From a virus: 40,762 bases of DNA. The position numbers were made by a program, and so were the translations under genes. Below, piece after piece: positions 8,165-15,393 of the stretch. Below the pieces are notes generated by a model that worked only from the letters and a program-made list of their open reading frames with translations, made no database searches and had not been told where the DNA came from. The DNA lies in IMG/VR virus record IMGVR_UViG_3300021225_000247, positions 1-40,762 of that record; one strand, given 5' to 3'. Each line of letters opens with the position of its first letter. Position 1 is the first letter of the stretch.

Positions 8165-8547
8165 TTGTTTTTAATTATTTCAATCATTTTTTGCAAACTA
8201 TTAATTTCAGCTTCTTCGTAGGTTTCGAATCCTGATTTTGTAACTAATACCCCTTGATTTAATAAGTGCAAATTAAAAATTTCGTACTTATATTTATTAT
8301 TCCAATCAGGATTAATTATAGCCATTTTATACTTCTCCCTAAAAAATTTAAATGCCTGGGAGAATGTTGGAGCTAAAGTAATTCCTAATTTTTTAATTGA
8401 TCCGGGTATCCAAATATCATCTACATCTATTGATATATTTGTCCTTAATTTACCAGAAATATTATAATAATATGTAAAACAAGGTTCATTAAATCCCAAT
8501 TCTTTAAGTTCTAAAGCCATTTCGTAGCTTACAAATTCTTTTATCAT
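8161..8547 (-). CDS. Hypothetical protein (128 aa)
   Basis: ORF with ATGA overlap to the downstream gene at 8161..8164. Confidence 0.55.
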   Translation of the reverse strand: MIKEFVSYEMALELKELGFNEPCFTYYYNISGKLRTNISIDVDDIWIPGSIKKLGITLAPTFSQAFKFFREKYKMAIINPDWNNKYKYEIFNLHLLNQGVLVTKSGFETYEEAEINSLQKMIEIIKNK

Positions 8548-8549
8548 GG

Positions 8550-9098
8550 TTATAAGGTTATTGTTTTAAATGAAGATACAAAGTTTTTTGCCGTTGTTCC
8601 CGTGGTTTCATTGTTTTCTTTTGCCTCAACCTTTACACGTGGTTTCCTTTTGCGCTTTGGCTTTGGCTCAGGTGCATTGATACCGTATGCTTCCACGCCT
8701 TTGTCAACAAAGTTGATTTCAAGAAGATAGCCAAAAACAATGATGGTTCCAACGAATAAAAACATGGTGATAAATTCGCCGCCTTCATATTGTTCCTGTA
8801 ATCCAAAGAAGATTTCAACCAAGGCGACAAGCGTCGCGCCCAGGGCAATCTTAGGCGGGTAGGTGCTTCGCCCTTTGGTTGGATTCAAGAAATCCATGAA
8901 AACAACGGCAAAGCGTCCGAGTTGCAAGATGCTGGCGGCAATAATCGCAAGCCAAAAGTCAATGGGTAGAAAAATGGCGGTAAGGTAGGCGTTGATGCCA
9001 TACGTTAAAACGATTGTCAATAGCATGATGGTTGGAATGTTATCCGAAATTGATTCAAATGTCCATTTGAATTGTAAATTGTTGAAATTTTTTTCCAT
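8550..9098 (-). CDS. Multi-pass membrane protein with a basic C-terminal tail
   Basis: Several hydrophobic segments and a tail PEPKPKRKRKPRVK. Start reassigned to the ATG at 9098 (MEKNF) because the longer ORF-track version would run through the terminator hairpin at 9131..9154. Confidence 0.6.
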   Translation of the reverse strand: MEKNFNNLQFKWTFESISDNIPTIMLLTIVLTYGINAYLTAIFLPIDFWLAIIAASILQLGRFAVVFMDFLNPTKGRSTYPPKIALGATLVALVEIFFGLQEQYEGGEFITMFLFVGTIIVFGYLLEINFVDKGVEAYGINAPEPKPKRKRKPRVKVEAKENNETTGTTAKNFVSSFKTITL

Positions 9099-9122
9099 GA
9101 TTAATTTGTTTTTGTTGTGTGT

Positions 9123-9154
9123 AAAAAATAAGGGCAGCTGGGGGGTGCTGCCCT
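9123..9154 (-). terminator. Intrinsic terminator after CDS 9165..9785
   Basis: 8-bp stem agggcagc (9131..9138) / gctgccct (9147..9154). The minus strand reads the stem followed by tatttttt. Confidence 0.75.
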
Positions 9155-9164
9155 GTGACAAATA

Positions 9165-9785
9165 TTAAGCGTAAACAATTTCTTCGGTGAAAAATTTGCC
9201 ATCAACATATTTTAATCTTCTTGTTGGCAATTCGTTTTTATCTGCTTTCTTTGTTGCAGATGGGCGGTAACTTGTTTTTACAAGTGCATAAGCAATTACC
9301 CAAAGTTGCTTATCGGTAAATGTTGACTGGCTTGTTAAAATATTAAGAGCCAAAGATCCTTCAGGAAGGTAAGATTTAATTTCGCTTACTTTTGTTGCGA
9401 TTGCGTCCAACCTGACCTCGCTTACATAAGAGCCAACTGAGCTTACGTGGTTTTTTGTTGGGTTGATGAAATTAATAGAATTGAACACTTCTTTTACAGA
9501 TAGTGGCGCAGATGCCACTTCTTCCTGTACGTCAACTATTGGAGCGTACCAAGCATTTTCGATTTTTCTTCCCTTATAGCCATTGTAAGATGTGTGATTC
9601 AAGTGATAATAAATGCCATTTTTTACGATAACCATTGGAGCGTCTTGTAATTCAATGCCATTTTCTAAATGGAATTTTTTTGCAGTTTTTTTGAAGATAA
9701 CTGGCTTGTCATTCTTTACATTCATTAAAGACTTTAAAGAAGATCTTAATTCATTTTTTGGTGCTGAGTAATTTAAAGCTGTCAT
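9165..9785 (-). CDS. Hypothetical protein (206 aa), a monocistronic unit between a promoter repeat and a terminator
   Basis: ATG-initiated ORF flanked by the repeat at 9827..9882 and the terminator at 9123..9154. Confidence 0.6.
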   Translation of the reverse strand: MTALNYSAPKNELRSSLKSLMNVKNDKPVIFKKTAKKFHLENGIELQDAPMVIVKNGIYYHLNHTSYNGYKGRKIENAWYAPIVDVQEEVASAPLSVKEVFNSINFINPTKNHVSSVGSYVSEVRLDAIATKVSEIKSYLPEGSLALNILTSQSTFTDKQLWVIAYALVKTSYRPSATKKADKNELPTRRLKYVDGKFFTEEIVYA

Positions 9786-9826
9786 TTTGTTTTGTTTTTG
9801 TTGTGTGAAATATCGTTTCGTTGTTT

Positions 9827-9882
9827 CAGTACGTAAATTTAATATTAAATATTGAAATAAAAAAATATTTACAAAAATAAAT
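9827..9882 (-). promoter_or_regulatory. Conserved AT-rich promoter-like repeat, copy 1 of 3
   Basis: cagtacgtaaatttaatattaaatattgaaataaaaaaatatttacaaaaataaat aligns with 11031..11088 and 15644..15691. All three lie directly upstream of minus-strand genes. Confidence 0.6.
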
Positions 9883-9892
9883 ACAAAATAAT

Positions 9893-10735
9893 TTAAAATT
9901 CGTCTCTTTTGCCTTTCAATGGGTAATGATTCTTTTTCAACTCCCAGAACTCAGCCATTAACGAGGCCCTGAATTTATAATCTCGATCCGTGTGATACCC
10001 TGACTTGTACACGCATTTACAGATACTTTCGTATAACCGTATGCCTTTCAACTTGTAATTTGCCTTTTTGCATTCTGCGTACCTTCCAGAATTTAAAACG
10101 TCTGCCCAAAGTTTCATCCCTTCTTCGGTGGAACTTGCACTCATGAACTTGGCGCGAATATATTTGTCACGTCCGCGAATGACCTCCCGTGTTTTGTACG
10201 TCACCGACTTTTGATTTTTCAAGGCCTTCACGCCGCCAGCGTTGGCGTGCTTCCGCCAAAGTTCGGTTTCAACGCCAGAGGTCGTTGCCTCAATGATAAA
10301 GAAGGAATAGATCATGGATACTGGAAAATCGGTAAGGTGGTGTACGTTCATAAGCATGGATTCATAGGAATAGGCAAGCCATATACGACGCATTTTAAAC
10401 AGGTCGATTTTATCGAGGTTTCTGAATCCTTTGCCTTCCAGATTTCGCCTTAATTCATGAATATTCATTTTTCGTATTTCCCAGCCGTATGAACGTGATC
10501 CATAGGCTTCTTCATTTATTTCTTTACTTTCTTGTTTTGCAGGAAAGGTAAGAGTAGTAATTTTGTGAACGTACACCGTGTCACGCTCAATAATGGGGAC
10601 AAATGAGGTATAATTATATTGAGTGTTAATTGGGGAATAAATCAACCCAACCACGAAGGCAACGCCAACGCCTGCCGCAACTTGGTACGGAAGGCGCTTG
10701 TTTTGAGGAACGTAGTCAATTATTTTGTCTTTCAT
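9893..10735 (-). CDS. Membrane-anchored glucosaminidase-like (GH73-like) peptidoglycan hydrolase (putative)
   Basis: N-terminal hydrophobic segment LPYQVAAGVGVAFVVGLIY. FFIIEATTSGVETELWRKHANAGGVKA resembles the ..E(S/T)G.G.S.L....N.FGIK core of the Glucosaminidase domain. Confidence 0.45.
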   Translation of the reverse strand: MKDKIIDYVPQNKRLPYQVAAGVGVAFVVGLIYSPINTQYNYTSFVPIIERDTVYVHKITTLTFPAKQESKEINEEAYGSRSYGWEIRKMNIHELRRNLEGKGFRNLDKIDLFKMRRIWLAYSYESMLMNVHHLTDFPVSMIYSFFIIEATTSGVETELWRKHANAGGVKALKNQKSVTYKTREVIRGRDKYIRAKFMSASSTEEGMKLWADVLNSGRYAECKKANYKLKGIRLYESICKCVYKSGYHTDRDYKFRASLMAEFWELKKNHYPLKGKRDEF

Positions 10736-10756
10736 AAAATTGGTTTTTTATAAATG

Positions 10757-10783
10757 AAAAATTGGGCGGATTGGTTACCGCCC
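10757..10783 (-). terminator. Intrinsic terminator after CDS 10791..11009
   Basis: Stem gggcgg (10764..10769) / ccgccc (10778..10783), loop attggtta. The minus strand is followed by aattttt. Confidence 0.65.
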
Positions 10784-10790
10784 TGCTTAA

Positions 10791-11009
10791 TTAATAATTT
10801 ACTCTCCTTGCGCCTACTAATTGGTTTTCATTAAACTTACATTCCTGTACTGCTTTCATGAAGCATTCATGATAATCTTTGCCATCGGTTACAATGAATG
10901 AACATTTGCTATTTCTTCCTTCTTTCAATGCACCTGTTTTTGTTACTGCTTGTTTTACACTTCTGTGACGAGTGTATAAAAATCTCCAAGATTGAATTTC
11001 GTTTGTCAT
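10791..11009 (-). CDS. Hypothetical protein (72 aa), a monocistronic unit between a promoter repeat and a terminator
   Basis: ORF flanked by the repeat at 11031..11088 and the terminator at 10757..10783. Confidence 0.5.
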   Translation of the reverse strand: MTNEIQSWRFLYTRHRSVKQAVTKTGALKEGRNSKCSFIVTDGKDYHECFMKAVQECKFNENQLVGARRVNY

Positions 11010-11030
11010 GATTGATATATTTTTGTTTTT

Positions 11031-11088
11031 TCAATACGTAAATTTAATATTATTTATTTGAATAAAAAAATATTTACAAAAATAAATT
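11031..11088 (-). promoter_or_regulatory. Conserved AT-rich promoter-like repeat, copy 2 of 3
   Basis: tcaatacgtaaatttaatattatttatttgaataaaaaaatatttacaaaaataaatt is nearly identical to copy 3. Confidence 0.6.
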
Positions 11089-11115
11089 AAAAAAAAATGT
11101 CCGCATCGAAGGACA
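11089..11115 (-). terminator. Weak intrinsic terminator abutting promoter repeat copy 2
   Basis: 5-bp stem tgtcc (11098..11102) / ggaca (11111..11115), followed on the minus strand by nine T residues. Confidence 0.45.
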
Positions 11116-11149
11116 CGGACACAAAAGAACACTTTTAACAACTAAACAC

Positions 11150-11296
11150 TCATTTCCTGTATTCTCCAAACTTTGAAATGCTTATCTCAAAGTTTTTAAC
11201 GTCGATTTTTAATTCCTTAAATTGTTCCAATGCCTTTTCCATGTTTTCCGCTTCAATAATCATTCGTTTGTCATTGTACTTGATTTCGTATTTCAT
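11150..11296 (-). CDS. Small hypothetical protein (48 aa, MKYEIKYNDKRMII...), below the ORF-track size cutoff
   Basis: Translated by hand. ATG at 11296 overlaps the stop of the upstream small ORF (ATGA). Fills an otherwise empty gap. Confidence 0.4.
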   Translation of the reverse strand: MKYEIKYNDKRMIIEAENMEKALEQFKELKIDVKNFEISISKFGEYRK

Positions 11297-11424
11297 GAGT
11301 ACCATTTTTTTACAAGGTCAACAATAAAATAAATGGCGAAAGCCAAAGTTACAATGCCTCCAGCAACAACAAATATATTGGCAAGGTCTTTGATTAACTT
11401 TTCTTTTTCTCTTTCAGTCATCAT
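11293..11424 (-). CDS. Small membrane protein (43 aa, MMTEREKEKLIKDLANIFVVAGGIVTLAFAIYFIVDLVKKWYS)
   Basis: Translated by hand. One clear hydrophobic helix. ATGA overlaps at both ends (11421..11424 and 11293..11296). Confidence 0.45.
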   Translation of the reverse strand: MMTEREKEKLIKDLANIFVVAGGIVTLAFAIYFIVDLVKKWYS

Positions 11425-11672
11425 GATTTTTCTTTTTTTTGTTTTAAACGATATTCTTTTTGGTAGGCTTTTATCTTTTCAGCATTTTTAAGCCTAAATC
11501 TTTTATGTTTGTCGTATAACAATTCTGGCTTTTCTATTTTGTTTTCATGATACCTTTTTTTCTTGTTTTCTAAATTTTTTAAACGCTTTCTTTCTTTTTG
11601 GTACGGTGACATATTTAAATAATATGCCTTCATATATTCCGATTTACGGGCTTTCTTTTCTTCGTCTGTCAT
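11421..11672 (-). CDS. Lys/Tyr-rich small basic protein; paralogue-like to 19542..19766
   Basis: Repeated K..Y...N.EK / YQKEY motifs are shared with the plus-strand ORF 19542..19766. Confidence 0.55.
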   Translation of the reverse strand: MTDEEKKARKSEYMKAYYLNMSPYQKERKRLKNLENKKKRYHENKIEKPELLYDKHKRFRLKNAEKIKAYQKEYRLKQKKEKS

Positions 11673-12208
11673 GGCTGCTTGTTTAAATAATTCTTGGAGG
11701 CAACTGGATCCTTTCCCTGATTTGAATACTTTGCATCTTGCTTTTTATCATACGAAATATTTGGCATCTCCGAAATATCCTGATAAGTAAGCTGAGCGAT
11801 TTTCATTCCTGGGTAAATCTTGAGCGGCTGAACCGTCAAAAGTTCTAACGTCCAATGCCCTTTAAATCCAACGTCGCCAAATCCTGCGGTAACGTGGACG
11901 GCAAGTCCTAATCTTCCTAAAGAACTTTTGCCCTGGATAATTGGCACGTGTTTCATGGTTTCCGTATATTCCACGGTTGAGGCAAGGTAAACAATGCCAG
12001 GTTGCAAAATCAAACCTTCATCGGGAATAATCATTGGTGCAGATGGGTTTTTCTTTCGCACATCTAAAACTCTTTCTGTGTATAAAATAAGCGTGTTAGA
12101 TAGCGTTAAATCATAGCTATTAGTACCTAAGTTATTGGGATTAAATGGCTCAATAACGATATTACCTTCGGTGATTTCGTCAATGATGGTTTTGTCGGTT
12201 AAAATCAT
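11669..12208 (-). CDS. dcd: dCTP deaminase (dCTP deaminase/dUTPase superfamily)
   Basis: MILTDKTI..., NSYDLTLSN and GKSSLGRLGLAVHVTAGFGDVGFKGHWTLEL match Dcd-family core motifs. Size is typical at 179 aa. Confidence 0.8.
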   Translation of the reverse strand: MILTDKTIIDEITEGNIVIEPFNPNNLGTNSYDLTLSNTLILYTERVLDVRKKNPSAPMIIPDEGLILQPGIVYLASTVEYTETMKHVPIIQGKSSLGRLGLAVHVTAGFGDVGFKGHWTLELLTVQPLKIYPGMKIAQLTYQDISEMPNISYDKKQDAKYSNQGKDPVASKNYLNKQP

Positions 12209-12507
12209 TTCATTTCGTTTTTAAAATTTTCGTTGTAATATTTTGCTGCTTGTTTTTTTAACTCTATTCTAATTTCATCAACGGAAAGCCCTTTGTAATT
12301 TTTCATTATTAAAGGATCATTAAGGCCACTTACATAAGAATCCATTATTTTCTCCTTTTCCATTTCTATATCTTGTTCTTGTTGCCATTTAACACCTTGA
12401 ATAAATGCTTCTCTTTTTATAGTATTGCCGATATCTATACCCATAATGTACGGGTTTGGAGTTGGGTAAAATCTTTCTGCAGCCTCCTCAACTGTTTCTT
12501 TTTTCAT
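12205..12507 (-). CDS. Hypothetical protein (100 aa)
   Basis: ORF with 4-nt overlaps to both neighbours. Confidence 0.55.
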   Translation of the reverse strand: MKKETVEEAAERFYPTPNPYIMGIDIGNTIKREAFIQGVKWQQEQDIEMEKEKIMDSYVSGLNDPLIMKNYKGLSVDEIRIELKKQAAKYYNENFKNEMK

Positions 12508-12872
12508 AAATTGTATTTTTTCCTGTTATCAAATTCCTTTTTAGTAAAATAATATTCAGTCAACATTTGCGCGTTGCATTGCAAGTGAGCCGCATGAAGG
12601 CAACCGTCCTCTGGGTCAATGTCCTCACCGAGGCGAATGGCTTCAATGTGACGCAAGGCGGAGGCAATCACCTCACTCCATGGCATCCCCTTTTCCCAGT
12701 TGCCCGCGGGGTATTTATCCAAACCCTTTGTCCAAACTTTGGCGCACTCGCGATGAGCCAACGGGGGGATAAGGTCGTACCTGATTTTTTCATCATTGAA
12801 CCTTAAACCCCTTGTTTCTGATTTCATTATCTTTTTCAATTCATTTTCCAAGTCATCTGTCATGGCTTCCAT
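12504..12872 (-). CDS. DUF5664-like / dATP-dGTP diphosphohydrolase-like domain protein (nucleotide pyrophosphohydrolase, putative)
   Basis: KIRYDLIPP...KGLDKYPAGNWEKGMPWSEVIASALRHIEAIRLGEDIDPEDGCLHAAHLQCNAQML matches my recollection of the conserved core of this phage family. Start moved to the ATG at 12872 (MEAMTDD), one nt after the upstream stop. Confidence 0.6.
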   Translation of the reverse strand: MEAMTDDLENELKKIMKSETRGLRFNDEKIRYDLIPPLAHRECAKVWTKGLDKYPAGNWEKGMPWSEVIASALRHIEAIRLGEDIDPEDGCLHAAHLQCNAQMLTEYYFTKKEFDNRKKYNL

Positions 12873-12873
12873 T

Positions 12874-13476
12874 TTAATGGGTATGTAAAAAACTTTTATA
12901 AACCTCGCTAATCTCTTTACAAGTCTGCTCAATTAATACAATGGCTTTAAGTAAGTCATCCATTTCAAAGGTATGATTTAATTCATAACTTTCGCCCGTA
13001 AAAGATAAGCCGTTTTTCGTTCTTTTTGTTCCCAGCCAGTTGATTTGGCTTTCGGGGATTGTGTCCCCATTTACAAACATTGCCAGCGCGTAAACTTTCA
13101 TTTGAAGGCTTGTTTTCAATGTCTCTATTGTCCACGGTCTCCCTGAGGTTTTAAAGTCAATAACGCGGTTATTTTCCCTGTCCCATGCGTCAATGTAGCC
13201 AACGACTTGAATGTCATTAATGGAAAGGCTTATCGGTTTTTCAGCCTCAAGTCCTTTGAAGCTTTGAATTTTGTCAATGTAAAAATCGGGGAAGGTTTCC
13301 ATGATTATTCCGTTTTTGATAAACGCCTCCGTGTCCTCGGCAAAGCGTTTGCCAAAATCCATGTAAATGGATGGTTCTTCGGGGAGGTTTAAAAAGTATC
13401 GGTTAAAGTACTTTTGGCGGTCACTGTACCAAAGATTTATTTGGCTGACGGATATATATTTTTTTGGAAGGAGCAT
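12874..13476 (-). CDS. PD-(D/E)XK nuclease (Cas4/RecB-like exonuclease family, putative)
   Basis: GYIDAWD, VIDFKTS (D/E-x-K) and QMKVYAL (QxxxY) occur in the order typical of RecB-family nuclease cores. Confidence 0.6.
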   Translation of the reverse strand: MLLPKKYISVSQINLWYSDRQKYFNRYFLNLPEEPSIYMDFGKRFAEDTEAFIKNGIIMETFPDFYIDKIQSFKGLEAEKPISLSINDIQVVGYIDAWDRENNRVIDFKTSGRPWTIETLKTSLQMKVYALAMFVNGDTIPESQINWLGTKRTKNGLSFTGESYELNHTFEMDDLLKAIVLIEQTCKEISEVYKSFLHTH

Positions 13477-13478
13477 GG

Positions 13479-13688
13479 TTATATATTTTCATTAGGTTTA
13501 AAAAATACTTCAGCGCCATTTATCCAACCGTCTTTATAGGCGTTCATAATTTCCTCGGCATACATTTTCTTTGCCTCATTCAAAGCATCGAGAATGGCTT
13601 GGTATTCACTTTCGTAAAACTCGGATGCGTCCAATACCTTGTCGTAAAAGTATTCCAACGACGTTTCTTTTTCTTCTTGGTTTTCCAT
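13479..13688 (-). CDS. Small highly acidic protein (69 aa)
   Basis: About 17 Asp/Glu versus about 6 Lys/Arg, counted by eye. Confidence 0.5.
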   Translation of the reverse strand: MENQEEKETSLEYFYDKVLDASEFYESEYQAILDALNEAKKMYAEEIMNAYKDGWINGAEVFFKPNENI

Positions 13689-13690
13689 AG

Positions 13691-13981
13691 TTATCTTAAT
13701 TTTATGTTTTTAAACAAATCAATGATACTTTTAATCGTTTCGTAAGAATAAATCTTAAATCCATTTGAATAAGCATCATCGTCAAAACAAAAATCAACAA
13801 ACCAATTATCATTTATAACTTCTTCGTTTGAATTAGTATTAAAAATCATTTTATTTTCTAATATTAATTCATACCAAAAATAAATATTTTCTAAATCTAC
13901 TGATTCTTCATCAATTATATCTGCGTTTTCATTAACGTAAACCCTTTGAAATCCTAAATCTACAAGTTGTTTTTCTGTCAT
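13691..13981 (-). CDS. Small highly acidic protein (96 aa)
   Basis: About 20 Asp/Glu versus about 8 Lys/Arg, counted by eye. Confidence 0.5.
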   Translation of the reverse strand: MTEKQLVDLGFQRVYVNENADIIDEESVDLENIYFWYELILENKMIFNTNSNEEVINDNWFVDFCFDDDAYSNGFKIYSYETIKSIIDLFKNIKLR

Positions 13982-14002
13982 TTTCTTTTGTTTTGCGGCG
14001 CG

Positions 14003-14032
14003 GTAAAACCCCAGCCATATTTCAGGCTGGGG
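14003..14032 (-). terminator. Intrinsic terminator after CDS 14051..14509
   Basis: 8-bp GC-rich stem ccccagcc (14009..14016) / ggctgggg (14025..14032). The minus strand is followed by only tttta. Confidence 0.55.
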
Positions 14033-14050
14033 AAAAACGTACCAAATTGA

Positions 14051-14509
14051 TTAAAAATATTTTCCTATTTGAATAAAGATCGTTGCGGCAGCTGGTTGTG
14101 CTTGCGCTGGTTCTAACCCTGAGGCTTGCAACTGGTGGAAAATGTCGGCGTAAACCGATGTCATTAACGTTGCTTTCTCCGTGATTTCTTCATGTGTCAA
14201 TTTACCGTTGCTTTTATGCGGTACATTTGCCGCCTGCTGCACGTTTGCGCCTTCGGTGGGTGTTTGTACCTTTTCAGGTATTTCGTTCGCTGTGACCATG
14301 TCAAAAGCGACTTTGTAACTTTTGCCGTCGTGGATAACAGTCACGGCGTCGTCTTTTTTCAATGCCATTAACTTTGTATCGTCTGGCTTTCCGTAAACGC
14401 GAACGTCTGTACCGTTTTCAAGTGTTATTGCGGCGTTGATGGAAGGTCCGTATTGACCCTCGAACACTTTGCCCGCCGTGTATTTAACCTTGCCTTTTAG
14501 AATATTCAT
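14051..14509 (-). CDS. Hypothetical protein (152 aa)
   Basis: Last ORF of the transcription unit that begins at promoter repeat copy 3. Confidence 0.55.
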   Translation of the reverse strand: MNILKGKVKYTAGKVFEGQYGPSINAAITLENGTDVRVYGKPDDTKLMALKKDDAVTVIHDGKSYKVAFDMVTANEIPEKVQTPTEGANVQQAANVPHKSNGKLTHEEITEKATLMTSVYADIFHQLQASGLEPAQAQPAAATIFIQIGKYF

Positions 14510-14744
14510 GACCCATATTTATTTGAAAATTTTGAGAATCGTACCATAATTGTTTTTTATGGTCGCTTATTTTGTTCCAGTCTATTTCCTGATCGTAAAT
14601 TATTTTCTTTCCTGTCCAAAAGTATTTTTCAATTTCGCCTACTCCTTTTTCCCTCCACCATTTTTGCAAGTGCTTTGGTTCAACGATATGGTTGGGGCAA
14701 ATGAATATACAGGCGTTTAACGCGAAGTCTTGTATGTTAATCAT
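14484..14744 (-). CDS. Hypothetical protein (86 aa)
   Basis: ORF with ATGA overlap to the upstream gene at 14741..14744. Confidence 0.45.
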   Translation of the reverse strand: MINIQDFALNACIFICPNHIVEPKHLQKWWREKGVGEIEKYFWTGKKIIYDQEIDWNKISDHKKQLWYDSQNFQINMGHEYSKRQG

Positions 14745-15082
14745 TTCGTTGGTATTTTTTCCATTTCCTTAATAGCATTTCCGCAATATTCAATGATGCT
14801 AACATTTAAATTAAACATTCTTGAATTTTTGTTATTTGCCGCGTGTTTTTCAAATTTGTGCATCATTTCCAGAACTTCATCTTTGTAAAATTGTATCGGT
14901 GTTACTTTGTAAGAATCAACTAATTTAAATGTATATCTCAAAGAATACATATACATATCTAAAGAAATAAGCCAATCGTTATGGCTATCGAGGCTTAACT
15001 TATTAAGCTCTTTCCTAAGTTCAATAACTTTTTCTTCGTAATAATTTAGAAGATTGTTTACCTGCTCTAATGAGTTGTTCAT
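14741..15082 (-). CDS. Hypothetical protein (113 aa)
   Basis: ORF in the co-oriented string. Confidence 0.5.
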   Translation of the reverse strand: MNNSLEQVNNLLNYYEEKVIELRKELNKLSLDSHNDWLISLDMYMYSLRYTFKLVDSYKVTPIQFYKDEVLEMMHKFEKHAANNKNSRMFNLNVSIIEYCGNAIKEMEKIPTK

Positions 15083-15102
15083 TTTGGTTTGTTTTAAAGT
15101 GA

Positions 15103-15357
15103 TTAATTATTTATAATTACCCAGTCCATTTCGTTTTCAGCCACAAGGGGCATGAGATTGTAACGGGTGATTGGTGGGTATAACTCCAGGTCAATGTCAT
15201 GCGGCTCAAATGTCCAGCCGTGGATCTCCATGTTATCCTCAGGGGAATGAGGCGACGTTTGCCCGTACAAGCCGAAGCCGTGGGAGAAATTGACGTGTAC
15301 AAAGTGACCCAGCTTTTTATCGAGGGTACATTTGCAGGTGTATTTCGTAATATTCAT
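15103..15357 (-). CDS. Hypothetical protein (84 aa)
   Basis: ORF in the co-oriented string. Confidence 0.5.
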   Translation of the reverse strand: MNITKYTCKCTLDKKLGHFVHVNFSHGFGLYGQTSPHSPEDNMEIHGWTFEPHDIDLELYPPITRYNLMPLVAENEMDWVIINN

Positions 15358-15393
15358 TTTGGTAAGTTTTTGAAAGGTGGAAAAATGGAGTGG

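Noticed and set aside
8550-9161. The longer version of the membrane-protein ORF, starting at 9161 (MSQGSTPQLPLFF...).
   Set aside because: The extra 21 codons would be read through the terminator hairpin at 9131..9154. The ATG at 9098 is preceded by the usual A/C-rich leader.
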